From Antedon mediterranea (lineage: Eukaryota > Animalia > Echinodermata), in NCBI RefSeq assembly GCF_964355755.1, contig NC_092670.1, positions 25,778,795 to 25,842,794 of the forward strand: 64,000 bases of DNA. Direction: 5' to 3'. This document shows, piece by piece, positions 47,291 through 60,800 of this stretch. The notes beneath the pieces were generated by a model. The model did no database searches, was not told the origin of the DNA, and saw only the letters and a program-made list of their open reading frames with translations. A program made the translations under genes and the position numbers. Within the stretch, counting starts at the first letter, position 1. Every line of letters begins with the position of its first letter.

Positions 47291-49559
47291 TTGCATATCT
47301 AACTAAAGTAACGTAAGCCCAACTGAAACAAAGACTAAAATAAATACACAAATACAAACATTTTTTCAAAAACGTCATTATAAGAAAAAAAAGTTTATTT
47401 CTTCAATACAAAGAGTGGAAACACGGTAGTCCTCTCACCGCCAACAAAAATTGTTGTATTGGAGAATAAATGAACACATATAAAGTGTTTGATTTTTTGA
47501 TTAGGAAACTACAAATATTATTAAACACCATGTTTATACAGTTTTAAGCTAATATAGTGAAATCATACTAACTGTAAAAAAGGCAACAATTTTAAAAATG
47601 CAAGAACATTACTGAAACCTTTCTTTCTTAATCTATGATGTCTAAGATTAGTTTAAACTCAATTTTTAAGAATCTATCTGAAGTTTTTCTTTTTACATAG
47701 GCCTAATGCCACAGATGAATGCTCTCATCCTTTTTTCTAAATCGTCTTACATCTAGTCCAGGGAAAGGTAAAAACACGTCATGGTTTTCTTGTTGAATAT
47801 GGTGATCTTGGCCTGGGTACAAACAATGTTAAAAATGAATGATGTGTTATGTTTATGTCCTAACTAGCCACTACCCTGTACGTCTATCTGCCAATTGTCT
47901 GGAAAATCTGACTGGCTTAAGCAATGTAATAAAATCCATCATTACCATCTGAACTTCAAAATAATAACCAATAAAATTGCAAATAAAAAAAATTTAGCGG
48001 CTACGACAAATTAATAAAAAGAAGAAAAATGCCATATTACAATATTATAATTCCACCAGTTTTTTTGTTATGTGAATGCTCTACGGGGTATCGGGTCTAG
48101 ACACCAATTACACAAAATTCAGGCATTCAATGTGCATGCCAATTTTACAGATCTTATCTGCCGAATAACAAATCGATGGTTATCATGTTAGAGGCCTACT
48201 TTTTAATTAGACAAAAGCCAACGCAATATTTAGTCACATACTGCATTTCACAAACATACGGCCCGACTAAAGAAACAATGATTATTGAAACCGCTATCGT
48301 GTCATTATAAATGTTTTTCCTAATAATGAGAATGGAAATTAAATCAAAATTACCCAAATTGATATATTAGGAATTACAGAGAATGGCATTGCTTCTTACA
48401 GCACACAATGTGCAAAATTAGGACTATATTTAAATTAAATGTTAGAAAAATAGGGTGCGAGAAGGAGTGACTGTTATCTGTAATACACTTTTCTAGAAAG
48501 AAATATCAAAACGAGAAACGCTCTCTTCAGGATCAATTGTTCCGTCTTCTTGTCGATCTTCCTTTCTTTCTTTCTTTTATTTCAATAAACAATGGCCTCC
48601 GGCTCATTTCACATAATAAAATCTATATTATTTTCGGACATACAGGTTTTACTCTTTTCATACGCTTTACATAAATATGTTGCAAAAGACATAATTTTTG
48701 GGTTTCATTGTTTACCTCCTTTACAGAGAATCCTAACAGACCTGAAAACAGTGGAACGCATATTTCCAAACCCAGGTATGTTAGGATTATCTGTAAGGAA
48801 TTCATATTGATGACAGCGTGGAAAGGAGATGAGGGTACCCAGGCTAAAGAGGTTGAGAAAAAAATCGCGAGCGGGAATGACATACGCCGCCAAGTATTCA
48901 TTTATTTGTGGTGACTTCAATCTCAATCTTATAAAGCACACTATACTGCCGTACTTTGTGTTATTTTTTTCATTACAAAAGTTCATGTAATATTTTATTT
49001 TCAAATGAATATATTTCAAAAGTACGTTATAAATATCTTAAATCATTTTCAATTATTATTTTTTTTTATTTTGGGGAGTCAAGTTGCAGATAAAGCCTTT
49101 TCTCAAATTATTTGAACTTTAAAATGGCGGGATATAGTTTTAAAACAGGGCACAAGTTATTTTTTTTTTTTTATTATTTTTATTTTTTAAAACTTACCAA
49201 AACTTTTAGTAACTTTAGTTAACATAAATTAGAACTGTAATTTAGATCAGGTAATTAAAAAACAATTACAAAAAAATATGAAAATGGCATTAATCTGCCT
49301 CATTTTTCATCATACTGTTATCTGTTTTCTGTAACAATTACTGTAATTTTGTCAAATTATTTCTTTAAGGCGTTTGTAGATAAGCCCCATAATAATTACT
49401 ATTATAAATTTCATAGTTACAGGCCTAGGCATATTTTGGGATAACTGGTCAATTCAAGTGATAGAGTATATCCCAAGAGTCAAATAAGACAAAACTCTAT
49501 AAAAAAAATATATATAGTTAAGCCCTTTTCTCAAAGTAGGGCAGTATACATGGTCCTAC

Positions 49560-50720
49560 AAACGAATTTCTTAACATTATGTATTCAGCTTCCTTCTACC
49601 CCTTATTGACAAGCCAACTAGAATCACAACTAAATCGTCTACCGGTCTACCGCAGTGATTCTGCTAACAAATCATATGATTAATTAAAACTCGAAATAAA
49701 CTATATAAAAAATACATCAATTTACCTTACATAACTAATAAAACCAATTATGTTACATATCGAAACAAACTCACTAGATATATCAAAGTATTTTGCAAAC
49801 AGCATTTTGCAAACAAATTTAACAATTATGAAAGTAATATAAACAAAAACTTAAAACAATAAACAATATTCTTGGCAAAAACATCAACAAAACTCCCTTG
49901 TTTCTTCTTAGATAATAACACTAAAATCACTGATCTAGTCATTTCAACACTCTAACCTTCAATAATGGAATCAGCAATGTTTCAAACTGGTTCAAGCTAA
50001 ATATGTTATCCCTTAACAGTAAAACAAACTACATTCACTTCTCCACTAGCAAAAAAACTAAAAACACTCCGAATGCCAATATATACATCGATCACATTCC
50101 TATTAAACAAGTTGAAAGCACATCATTTCTTAGTGTTCAAATAGACAACAAATTAAACTGGAAGCTTCATATAACTAAAATCTCCTATAATATCTCCAAA
50201 ACCATTGGTGTATTAAATAAACTGATATCTACATTACCACCTAAAATCATCACTTCTTTGTACAATACACTCATCTTGCCTCACCTCTTCTATTGTAACA
50301 CTGTCTGGACTGCAACAGATTCAAAGCATCAAACTCTTTGTCCATGGATTAGTACTGAAACAACTAAACTTGACAGACTATTCAAACTCTAAAAGAAGGC
50401 AGTCCGTATATGCGCCCAATCAAATTATCTTTCACATACTAAACCGCTTTTCCATGATTTAAACACCCTAAATATCTTTGACATAAACAAATTACAGACA
50501 GTCCTTTTCAGGTATCGACTTTCCAATAACAAACTTCCTTATACTTAAACATTTTTAATAACGAGCTTTACAATTAAAATACCTGAAATTCAAACAAGTA
50601 CGTTCAATCTAACCTAAATCGAAACGCATCCCGAAATGAAATCATCCACACCAAGTCTTTATTTGATCATAGTTTCATCACATTTAAATCAAAATACAAA
50701 CCAACTTTACCCTTATTTAT
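49560..50720 (+). pseudogene. Degenerate L2/Crack LINE fragment
   Basis: KPTRIT, LSLN.KTNYI.F, LNWKLHI, LYNTLILPHL.YCN.VW, SHTKPLF; heavily deleted. Confidence 0.75.
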
Positions 50721-51973
50721 TTGTTTGTTTGTCTTGTCTTTGTCCATACTTTGTCTCTTGCATAGTGTATGTACCGTCTGTAACCCTTGTTTGTCTCTGT
50801 TATGAACACTAATCCGAATTTTTTTATAAATTTTTTCCTGAGCTTATTAGAGTCTCTTCATATATACAAGGCATTAACTATTAATTTGATTCATATTTTT
50901 TTGAAATACATTAAAAGATGACATGTTTAAATTATAAGAGAAAATTATGGTAAATAATGATAATATACGAAGAAAAGGTTACAATAACAAAAATCATGTA
51001 TGTAAACACATGATAACAAAAATACAATTTTAGAACAAATATGTAGAAATTTCTATATTTATATGAAATAAAAGTGGGATGAGCCCACATAAGACAAAAA
51101 AAAACTAATATATCCTTGACGGTAAAATATGCATGCAGTATTCGTTTGCTTTGTGTAGGCGTAAATAAATAAATGAATGAATGAAAATGTTTTCATCAAT
51201 GCTTTTATGTATGTGTTAGAAAGGTCATATAAAGTTCGGTTACCTCGTAATCAACCTGAAACGTGTACGCAAGTTCGGTATAACCACCCTGGTATAACTT
51301 GTGAAAAACTTGCCGACACTAAAATATGGATACGCAATAATAATGACGTAATTCAGATTCGTACCAGTAAATAATAATAATTTATAACATAATGTACATT
51401 TACGTAAAAGGGCAAATTCATTAAATCGCGCGTAACTTCTAGAATCATTACTTAGGGTATAGGAAGTTGATACTGATACATTTGGTACTGATTTTAACCA
51501 CTAAATATAACCTAATATTTATTAAGTTTATTTAGATAATTAGTTATTGACGATTAAAACGAATTTAGGTTGAACGATTTGCCCTTAACAGGGGTGTTTC
51601 AGAACTTAGTACACGCTGTGTACCGTGTGCGGCCTATAAAGTTGTAAGCAAATACCTAAATCGAAATTCAACACAAAGGTAGAGCTTGGCCACAACACCA
51701 GTCTAATCACACACACTTAGTCCTTCGTGAGGACTGTCACACGATGATCGCTAATGGTGAAATAATTATATTCATAAGTGACCCGATCTGGCAAAACCCT
51801 CTCCCTGGCAGATTAGAACTATTTCACTATTTAGGTCTAGGCCTGCTTGGTAAACACTTCCCAAACCAGTTAAAATAAGCTTGACGTTTATGGAACGCCT
51901 CCTCTGCCTTCAGTTCACATTTATCATGCAGTACAACCAATCGTCATGCAGTACACACCAAACATCATGCAGT

Positions 51974-53827
51974 CAGCGTTGCCAGCGATAAAATTTAAAT
52001 TATGCCGTATCCTGTCTCAAATAATGCCAGATTGGGAAAAATAATGCCAGATCCCCAAAATTTGGCCCTAAACAGCGCCACCAACGGTTGTATGTCTAAT
52101 AAACGTTTGTAAAACCCCAACTGACACAAAATAGGGACTAAATTGTATCCCTATGTCGTTCAAAAATTGTATTTTTAGTTTTGTGAGTAATAACTAATAA
52201 TTCTAAAAATATCTGGGGTGCGAAAATGGTAATTGCAAATGAAACAAACACCAACCCACGAACCCTTCTCCCCCCCCCCCCAAAAAAACCTGTTACAGCC
52301 ATGGAAATTTAGAATTTTTGAGCTGAAATATGAGAGCTGCTCGATCTTTGCACTTAATTTCAAATATGAAAGGATCTTAGCCCACCATAATTAGAAAATG
52401 GCAATTATAATTTAAAATAGGAAATAAAAATATATATTAAGTGTCTCCAGGACCTCAGCCCCACCATGGTTGATAAGAAAATTTTGAAAAATGCTGATTT
52501 AAATGCCACTTAATTTAAAATATGAAATAAAAATATATTTATTAGTGTCTCCAGGATCTTAGCCCACCATAGTTCGAAAATGGCAACTATAATTGAAAAT
52601 AGGAAATCAAAATATATATTAAGTGTCTCCAGGACCTCAGCCCCACCCGGGGCCCCACCATGGTTGGGACTGGAGGTACAACAATTTGGAAAAATAGAGC
52701 TGCTCAATGGCCGGAAATGGCACTTAATTTCAGATATAAAATAAAAATATATTTATTAGTACCTCCAGGATCTTAGCCCACCATAGTTTGAAAATGGCAA
52801 TTATAATTTAAAATAGGAAAAAAATATATATATATTAAGTGTCTCCAGGACCTCAGCTCCACCATGGCTGATGCTGAGGTAAGAAAATTTGGAAAAATAG
52901 AGCTGCTCAATGGGCGGAAATGGCACTTAATTTCAAATATGAAATAAAAATATATTTATTAGTACCTTCAGGATCTTAGCCCATCGTAGTTTTGAAAATG
53001 GCAATTATAATTTAAAATAGGAAATAAAAATATATATTAAGTGTCTCCATGACCTCAGCCCCACCATGGTTGGGGGTGAGGTAAAAAAAATGGAAAAATA
53101 GAGCTGCTCGATGGGCGGAAATGGCACTTAATATTAAATAAAAATTACCTCGCCCACATGGTCACTACTGGGGCTGAGAGGTGAAGAACATTTGGAAAAA
53201 TAGGGTTGCTACGACGATGCAAATGGAACATAATTTGAAATATGGAAAACAAATTCTCCTAGAAGAAATTCTTTTTAAAATTAGAGCTTCTAATTAGTTA
53301 CTGGAAATTGCCATTTCAAGGGTTGGGGTAGAGGTGCGGCCACTTATAATTATGAACTGAGACAACAAAACCCCTTTCATAATGTTTTCGTTCAATTGTC
53401 TCTATATCTGGGGATCCAATAACCTGCATGGTCTCTGAAATAGAGCAACATAATTGGCCAATAGCTAGCCTCTTCGGATTTGTTGTGCTGCCTATATCGC
53501 ACACACGGTAGTTTTCGAGCAGCCTTCCTTTCCGAAGAGTCTATTTAAGTCCGAAACAAAAGGATGGAAGAACTATTGTACGGAAAACCCGAACAGATCT
53601 GTTTTGTACAATATGATATTGTGTAAGGTGATATGTATTAAATTGCAAGATTAAACAAAATATTTTATTTTTGTTCTGTGGTATATTATTTTTTTGGTTG
53701 TTCAAAAAACACAAAATTATGCCAGATTATGCTAAAAACGGCTAAATAATGCCGCGGCATTATGCCAGATGCCGTGGGCCTCTAAATAATGCCAAAAAGC
53801 ATAATAATGCCAGAAATGGCAACTATG
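51974..53827. mobile_element. Non-autonomous hAT element
   Basis: 8-bp TSD CATGCAGT (51966-51973 and 53828-53835); TIR CAGCGTTGCCA / TGGCAACTATG; subterminal T(A/T)ATGCC arrays at both ends. Confidence 0.8.
52340..53200. repeat. About 200-bp tandem repeat inside the hAT element
   Basis: GGATCTTAGCCCA...AAAATGGCAA...GTGTCTCCAGGACCTCAGCCCCACC recurs four times. Confidence 0.8.
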
Positions 53828-53942
53828 CATGCAGTACACACCATTCGTCATGCAGTACACATTAAACATCATGCAGTACACACCAATCGTCATGCAGTAC
53901 ACACCAATCGTCATGCAGTACATACCAATCGTCATGCAGTCA
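53828..53942. repeat. 21-bp minisatellite (CATGCAGTACACACCAATCGT)n, continuing the array at 51925-51973
   Basis: Direct tandem copies on both sides of the hAT insertion. Confidence 0.85.
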
Positions 53943-55455
53943 AATATTGCGTAATTTATACCGCCACCTATCGACAAAATCGAATATCACGTGACGTTTA
54001 TTAGACGGCTGTAAACTAAGGCTATTCAAACTTTCTACTACAGCAACTCACGCTGTCTACTTCTACACCGCACGTGCTTTACGTCCTATAGATTCCGAGA
54101 TTTCCTTAATAGTTTTGCCAGCCATTTTAGGCATAAAGCACGTGAGGCAGAGGAGGCGTTCCATAGACGTTATAATGCTGCTTTTCAATAGTGCAAAAGA
54201 GTTAATTCGAGTGACTAAATAGGTTTAAAAGGCATCTGAAATCAGTAAAAATAACCATAATGTCAACACTGCTAAAATATAAATATCGCACACACTTCCT
54301 GGTATGACGTCATCGTGCCTTTGACCAAAATCTCGGGTGAGTTTTCAGCGCGTATCAAAAAGAATTTTTTGCAAACTTCAAACGCGATTTTCTCGTAAAT
54401 TTATTGAATGATTTGTAAGTTTATAAAAAAGTCAATAAAACTTAAATAAACACCATTGCAAAGCTTATGATTCAAGTAATCTAAATATATAAACAAAATA
54501 CAAAATGAAAATAAATTTCCGACAAAAGTAGGGTTTTGCCAGATCGGGTCATTTCATTGTTGTATCTATTTCATACGGTACTACACAGAAATTAGAATTG
54601 GCATATGTAATTGTGTAGAAATAGTTCACGACTTTTTGCAATTTTGTTTTCGTAACGATAATAATAGACCTATTATAGTTTAAAAAAATTTTATAAAAAT
54701 AATAAATGCACAATATTCCACTTTCGAATAATATTGTTTGTATCGACATAAATAATGGTTAAGCTACTATTATAGTTTTTATTAATGAAACTAAGTAATT
54801 TAAGATTATGATTGGTGGATAGTTTTTAGACAGACACTAAAATCATGCGTCATATGAAAGTGAACTTTTGAAAAGGCCAACGAAATTTGAAGATAATTTT
54901 ATACTTCCTGAAAATCAAGAATAGTGATGCTCTCAAATTGAGATGTGATAGATTGATTTATTTTAAAGTATCTGTAAATTTATCTGTAAAGTTGAATTTT
55001 AGAAATACCAAAGCACGATCATCTTTACGTATTAATGCTATAATTATTGTTCAAATATTATTTTTGTTACGCCTTTTAGGATATTGTACATAGATAATAC
55101 TATAGGGCATAACGGGTTTATTTTAACTAATTAGTTACGGTCGGTACTACACTGATTATCACAACAGATTTACATTAAGTTGACAGAAAAATAAAAAATT
55201 ACTTTTATAACAGCTGGCACAAAATGAAAACAACAAACAATACCCAGTCCCAATGGGTTAATCAAACGCCAAAACGCAGTTTGCTTTCTGGTAAAACAAC
55301 GTACGTATTTTAAAAGCAAAGCAACACGACCAGCCAGTGCGTTAACCTATCGTCTGTACACGCGTCATTTAGCCAAAGTGAACTGTAGTGTTGAGTTGTG
55401 TCGAGGGAATACTTTCGAACGGGAAATCAGCTTAAGCGAATGCGGTCTGGCAGAG

Positions 55456-55534
55456 TATAAATGGACGGCAGTGAACTAACAAGCACTATATTCATACTTT
55501 TACAATTGAGCAGAGTAACAGGGAAAGACTATTG
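55456..55534 (+). promoter_or_regulatory. Putative TATA promoter and short non-coding first exon of the downstream gene
   Basis: TATAAA at 55456-55461 and a perfect donor TTG|GTAAGT at 55534. The first coding exon has an acceptor only 6 nt before its ATG, so an upstream exon is implied. Confidence 0.5.
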
Positions 55535-57735
55535 GTAAGTAAATTTCTTCTATTGTATCACATAACACATTTCCATTTCTAAAATTTTAAACTTATTTTA
55601 TGTCATAACATTAGACGACTCCCCGATTCTGTAATCTTTGTCTCTGTAGAATAACTGTTGAAGGTTATTTAAACAGCATTGCGATTACTATTCCACAGTA
55701 AAAATAGAGAACAGCATGTTTGTACTTTATAAACATATGCTGTATCTGTTTCAACACCTACTGTACAAATCTATATGTATATTGTTAGACAACATCAATT
55801 TGTTTAATCAATCATATACAGTTATATTGTAATACTATTAGTATGTACTAATACTAATAATAAGTTTCGACAGCTTATTTGTATTTGAGTAACCTATAAT
55901 TCAGTACCTATAACCTTTTAAAATGTTATTTTGTTTTCTGTGGTGTTTATGAAATTATATTTAATTGTTTGATGATTTAATCAAAAACATGTAAATTACA
56001 CAAAATAATACAATATTCAAATGACATTAAGGTAAACAAAATTAAATTTCAGATAAACTTAAAAATCATTTTGAAAAAATAGGCCTATACTAGGCTGCTT
56101 TTATTTTATTGTTATGATTTGTAATATATCATAACATAAACTTGTCGTCAGTAACGACCTGCTTTTAAGTAATGCTGCTCTACAGTATGTCCGTAACTAA
56201 GGACTATAGGCCTACAGTGTTTTATGTTCACAAATTACTATGCAGAGAAGTGATTTGAGAGGTGAGTAGTTGTAGGTAGGTGATTAGTTCATATGTAATG
56301 TTTAATTACAATTTATAGCATAATATAATATTACTATGTTCTATGACATTTCAACAAATATTAGCTGCGAACACATGTGTGTTTTAGATCAGAAAAATAA
56401 GCAAGATTAAAAATGTATTGATATAAAGTTGCAACGTCATTACCCGACCACTTTGTATTGTTTTTAACAGGAATTGAATTAACGTCAAATGATTCTTAAT
56501 GCCTACAAAACAGTCAGTTTATGGTAAAAGTAGTATTATATTATATTGATTGTTGTAAATGATACTACTAGATACGACAACTTTTTATTTAGTGAAGTGG
56601 TTGAATGACTTTCAATTTGCTGAACCATAAAGATTTTGCATATATTTTGTAGTATAAATAAATATTTTTATATTTTATTAAACAAAGTAAATTGAATAGA
56701 TACTGTAGGCCTAAGTTAGATATATTGTACAATTGTTTATATAGATAGTAATCTCAAATATCTAAAAGAAAATCTTTCTACTTAATCTTAATTTATTTTA
56801 ATAAGAATGTACTAAGTTAAAAACACCTGATCACTGATGCAACACTTAATTGTAAACAAAACACACAACTTGCTGGTGTATAGAAAGCATACAATTTTTC
56901 ATCTTCAAAACTGGAACCATGATTTGAAATATGAGTGTAGATTGTGAATACCTTTCTTGTTTTGTACACGTTAATAAATAAATCTTTACGTTGTGCAAAA
57001 GGACGTATTTCTTATTATTTTATTATTATTATTATTATTATGAAAAATAAATAAATTATTTCTTTATAAAAATGATACAGATATATTGATATCTGATTTT
57101 AAATTTAGAATTAGAATTTTAAATACAAAAATTGAAATAGGCATAGATAGAAAACCATACAAATTGCTGAAATGAAACACCCGCTGCCATGACATTGGAA
57201 TTGATTGTAGATAGAAAATACTTGACCCTCTTCTTAGAGTACATATAATATAATGCTTTTACTTTTACAAAACACTTGAAATGTATTTTTCCATTTTTAT
57301 TAGTTGATTGTCAAAAGCTCCAGAGCGCTACGTACACAAATACACATTTTAAAATTTAGCGCGCATTACCATAACTGGTGTATGTGCATGAAAATATACA
57401 ACACTTAAAATGACATGCCATAGGCCTATGACAAAGTGTTCCTGACTACATTCCTTTTAATGATCGGCTTTGAGGAAACCGACTTAACCTTCACTAACAT
57501 TGGTTTAGATTGGTTTAGACAAATGTTAGACTTGAACAGACGATCTTGGAGGTGGTCTGTCTGCTATGGTAGTATTTAAAACAAACAAGCGATTCGAAAT
57601 TGTATTTTAACTCTACTTCGTTTGAGTCACATTCGATTTTAATTTATACAGGAAATCGTTCATTACACGTACATCCGTATCTATACACATATTAATTCAA
57701 TTCCTTATGTTTACTTTTTGGTTACACAGATAGAG

Positions 57736-57837
57736 ATGCGATATATAATCTTTGGCCTTATTTACATCGTGCACATAGCTTCAGCTTTGCACTTTCGTGG
57801 CGGAACGTTTAGCTATGAAAGACTTGGCAGAAATAAG
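57736..57837 (+). CDS. HFRGG-family gene, first coding exon
   Basis: MRYIIFGLIYIVHIASALHFRGGTFSYERLGRNK|gtaag. Confidence 0.85.
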
Positions 57838-60800
57838 GTAAGACGTTAACTTGGATGCATCAATTTCAAATAGACACATAGAAAAACAACATAACATAAT
57901 CCATCCTATACTAAATGATCTATCGCGATAATCATTATACATAGATATTCCGGCTCACTCGATCCATGGTTCTGGTGGTATAACGATTTGAAAACTTTAA
58001 ACACTGAGAAATGAAATGAATGATGTAATTGTAGATCAAATGATATGTCGATGCCAAGCCATTGTAAAATAAACGTATGTTCCATGCAAACTAATAATAC
58101 CCAGCTCCAACCTTGTCGCAGCATGCTCATCCTTTACTGAGATGTTTGTAGCTTCTCTCTACGTGAAATAAAAATATTAAGTTCATAATATTACGTTTCG
58201 ATATTGTTGTCATTATTTGTATCAATTGATGATCATTTCCTATTTGCATTACTTTCTACTTGAAGTGGTTTTTGTGTGTCTCTATGGATAAATTATTAAT
58301 AGAATGTACAATGTTAATAAACTTAAGTATTATTAGTAATAAAAAATCATCGAGAAGGCAATCCTAGATTCTTTTGAGATTGTGTCCTAAATCTCAATCG
58401 AAGAATACTGTCAAAATATCATCATTTATAGTGTGTAAATCGAAATAAATATATTTTTATATGGTTAGGCCATCAACATGAAACAAATTATATTAAGATA
58501 AGTAGAAGATAAAGTAATACGTTTCATTTGTTCAACCATCAAGTATTAAGTGTAAACCTTTTGGGTTTAAATTAGTAAATTTTGCGATATTTAATGTTAT
58601 TGTTTATTGGATTTTCACTGCAAGAATGACAAGAATCTGTGTGTTATAAAATGGCTTATTGCACAACAAGTATAATCTGAAAATGTTATTACATCAAACA
58701 GTCTTAAATATTAAAAGTACAAACTTGATTTGCTATAAAAATATTTTCATTTTTACAGATGCACTATATAAAAAGTACAGATGTCACAATTATTAAATTA
58801 TAATATAATATAATAATCAAAGGTTTGAACATGAGCATAAAATATTACATAAAAACTATCAATACAATTTATCATAAGTCTATTGCATTTATAAATAATT
58901 AACCAATTGAATTAGTAGTTATTAATGATGGTTAACTTTAAACACAAATAGAAGATGTATAATTTGCTTAAATAGAAGCAAGCCTTCTCTAACTTTATCT
59001 CATATTATATGGGTTTAAACTTACAATAAGTAAAATGTAGCCTATTATTATACAAACTATCTGACCTTAAAATGTAAGGTTGTCAATTTTGCAATGGTTT
59101 CATTAACGCAACAAAATTGTATTTTCTGATTCATCAACCTATTTTTTTTTTTTAAATTCATTAATTTCTATTGATACTAAAGTACTACTTAAATGTTTAC
59201 CCCCAGAATCAAAATAAATCATAAAAATAATATGATAATTAATATAAATAGAATATTTATTTCGTTAAAAGCTGCTTGTCGCAAATAACGATGAAGAACA
59301 ATAACAAAATTAACCGTTTTTACCACCCTTTGACGCCTTCTTGTGGTTTCATGATCAAAGTTTCCTTTTTAGTAGACTAAATTGCACTCTCCTTTGCCAA
59401 AAAACCTCATCACGTGTTTAGTAAAATTCCCCGTAGAGCGTGCGTCATCTCGGCAAAATTTCAAACTTTACAATTAAGGTACAAGCCAGGAAACGCATAA
59501 CGTCGCGGGTACGAACGAATTTAGATTGTGGGAAACTCTACATTATAGTCACGTTTAAGCATGTTATGGAAATAATATGGGTGAATCATTATCTTCATAA
59601 CTTTAGGCTGTTATTTTTTTGTCCAGCATGTATTAAGAATCTTTTTTCGAACGTCTGACTAGACAGATAATTGTTCAACAATACACAGACATACAGATTC
59701 AGACAACATTATCGTAATATTACTCATTAAAAAAAACATATATTTTTTTTCTTTTGATAGTATTTAGTTCCAAAATTAAAATGAACTAGCAAATATTACA
59801 TAATTAAATAACTTCTATATTTTACTTAGGTTACTTATAAAATCTTTTTTTTATCGACAATAAAATGTTTTCAGCTAGAAGTAACATGGCGTCTAGCTGC
59901 ACGTCGAGGGTGGGGTACTGAATATGGGTGTACCGAGATTGGTCAGGTGTTGACAGGTGAATACAATGTCGTTTTAAAATGCGCCGAATGTGCTACAAAC
60001 CAAACGATAGCTGGACCTCTCACATACAAATGCATGGAGTACAGCGTAGACCAGGACTGGAGCATCGTGCAAGGGTCGATAATATATGAAGCGGACAGAC
60101 CAAAATTCACAATGATGTAAGTGTGTCAATTTGGAAACGCATTCATTCGTTATGATCATTGTCAACAATATACAAGAAAAAGAAAACAATCAATACACTG
60201 ATATGGATAGTTCAGATGCATTGACGAGATGCTTATTTCAATATTTTTCAGCAATTTATTATTAAAATTCTCTATTCATAATAAATAGTATTTAGTTAGT
60301 TCAGGAGCTTCTTTGAAAAGTCTATAATTCTATAAATTGATGCTAAGCGACCTTTAAGAAACGTATTCTATTCTTTTCTTTATTGGTAAACCAACCGATT
60401 CAATATTACCTGGTTGCCCTAGCCAACATTAAACAAATCCGTAAATCCGTATAATAGAGACACATTGATCAAACAGGTTTCTGAACTCACGAGACATTCA
60501 GTATTCCTACACGTTTCCCTGATGAAAACGGTTGAATTTTAACAAGCAACATCGTAGTTTGTACCATAAGAAAATAATAAGTAATAGTAATAAGTGTTGA
60601 CTCCCGTCAAAATAATATTGTGTTTTGATTTAATTAATTTCAAATTTCAGGTTCAAGAAGTACCTATATGGAAGGGCAGCTTTGAACATAAAATTCACAA
60701 TGCGTTATTCTCTCACTTATTGTTTCTAAATGTAACGTTACAGAAGCATGGGTCATAGCCCTGATTTTGATAAAGATGGAAATATACAACATCAAATCAT

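Larger units (their letters stand above)
51779..54551. mobile_element. TIR element (22-bp perfect TIR) hosting nested insertions
   Basis: TGACCCGATCTGGCAAAACCCT (51779-51800) / AGGGTTTTGCCAGATCGGGTCA (54530-54551). An inner 26-bp IR (25/26 match) lies at 51884-51909 / 54145-54170. Confidence 0.75.

Noticed and set aside
53732-54004. ORFs with HAVHTNR and YCMTIGV repeats
   Set aside because: These are translations of the 21-bp minisatellite.
60651-60760. Strong acceptor (tttcag|G) as a candidate exon of the HFRGG gene
   Set aside because: All three frames hit stops, whereas the acceptor at 60887 gives the in-phase, motif-bearing exon.
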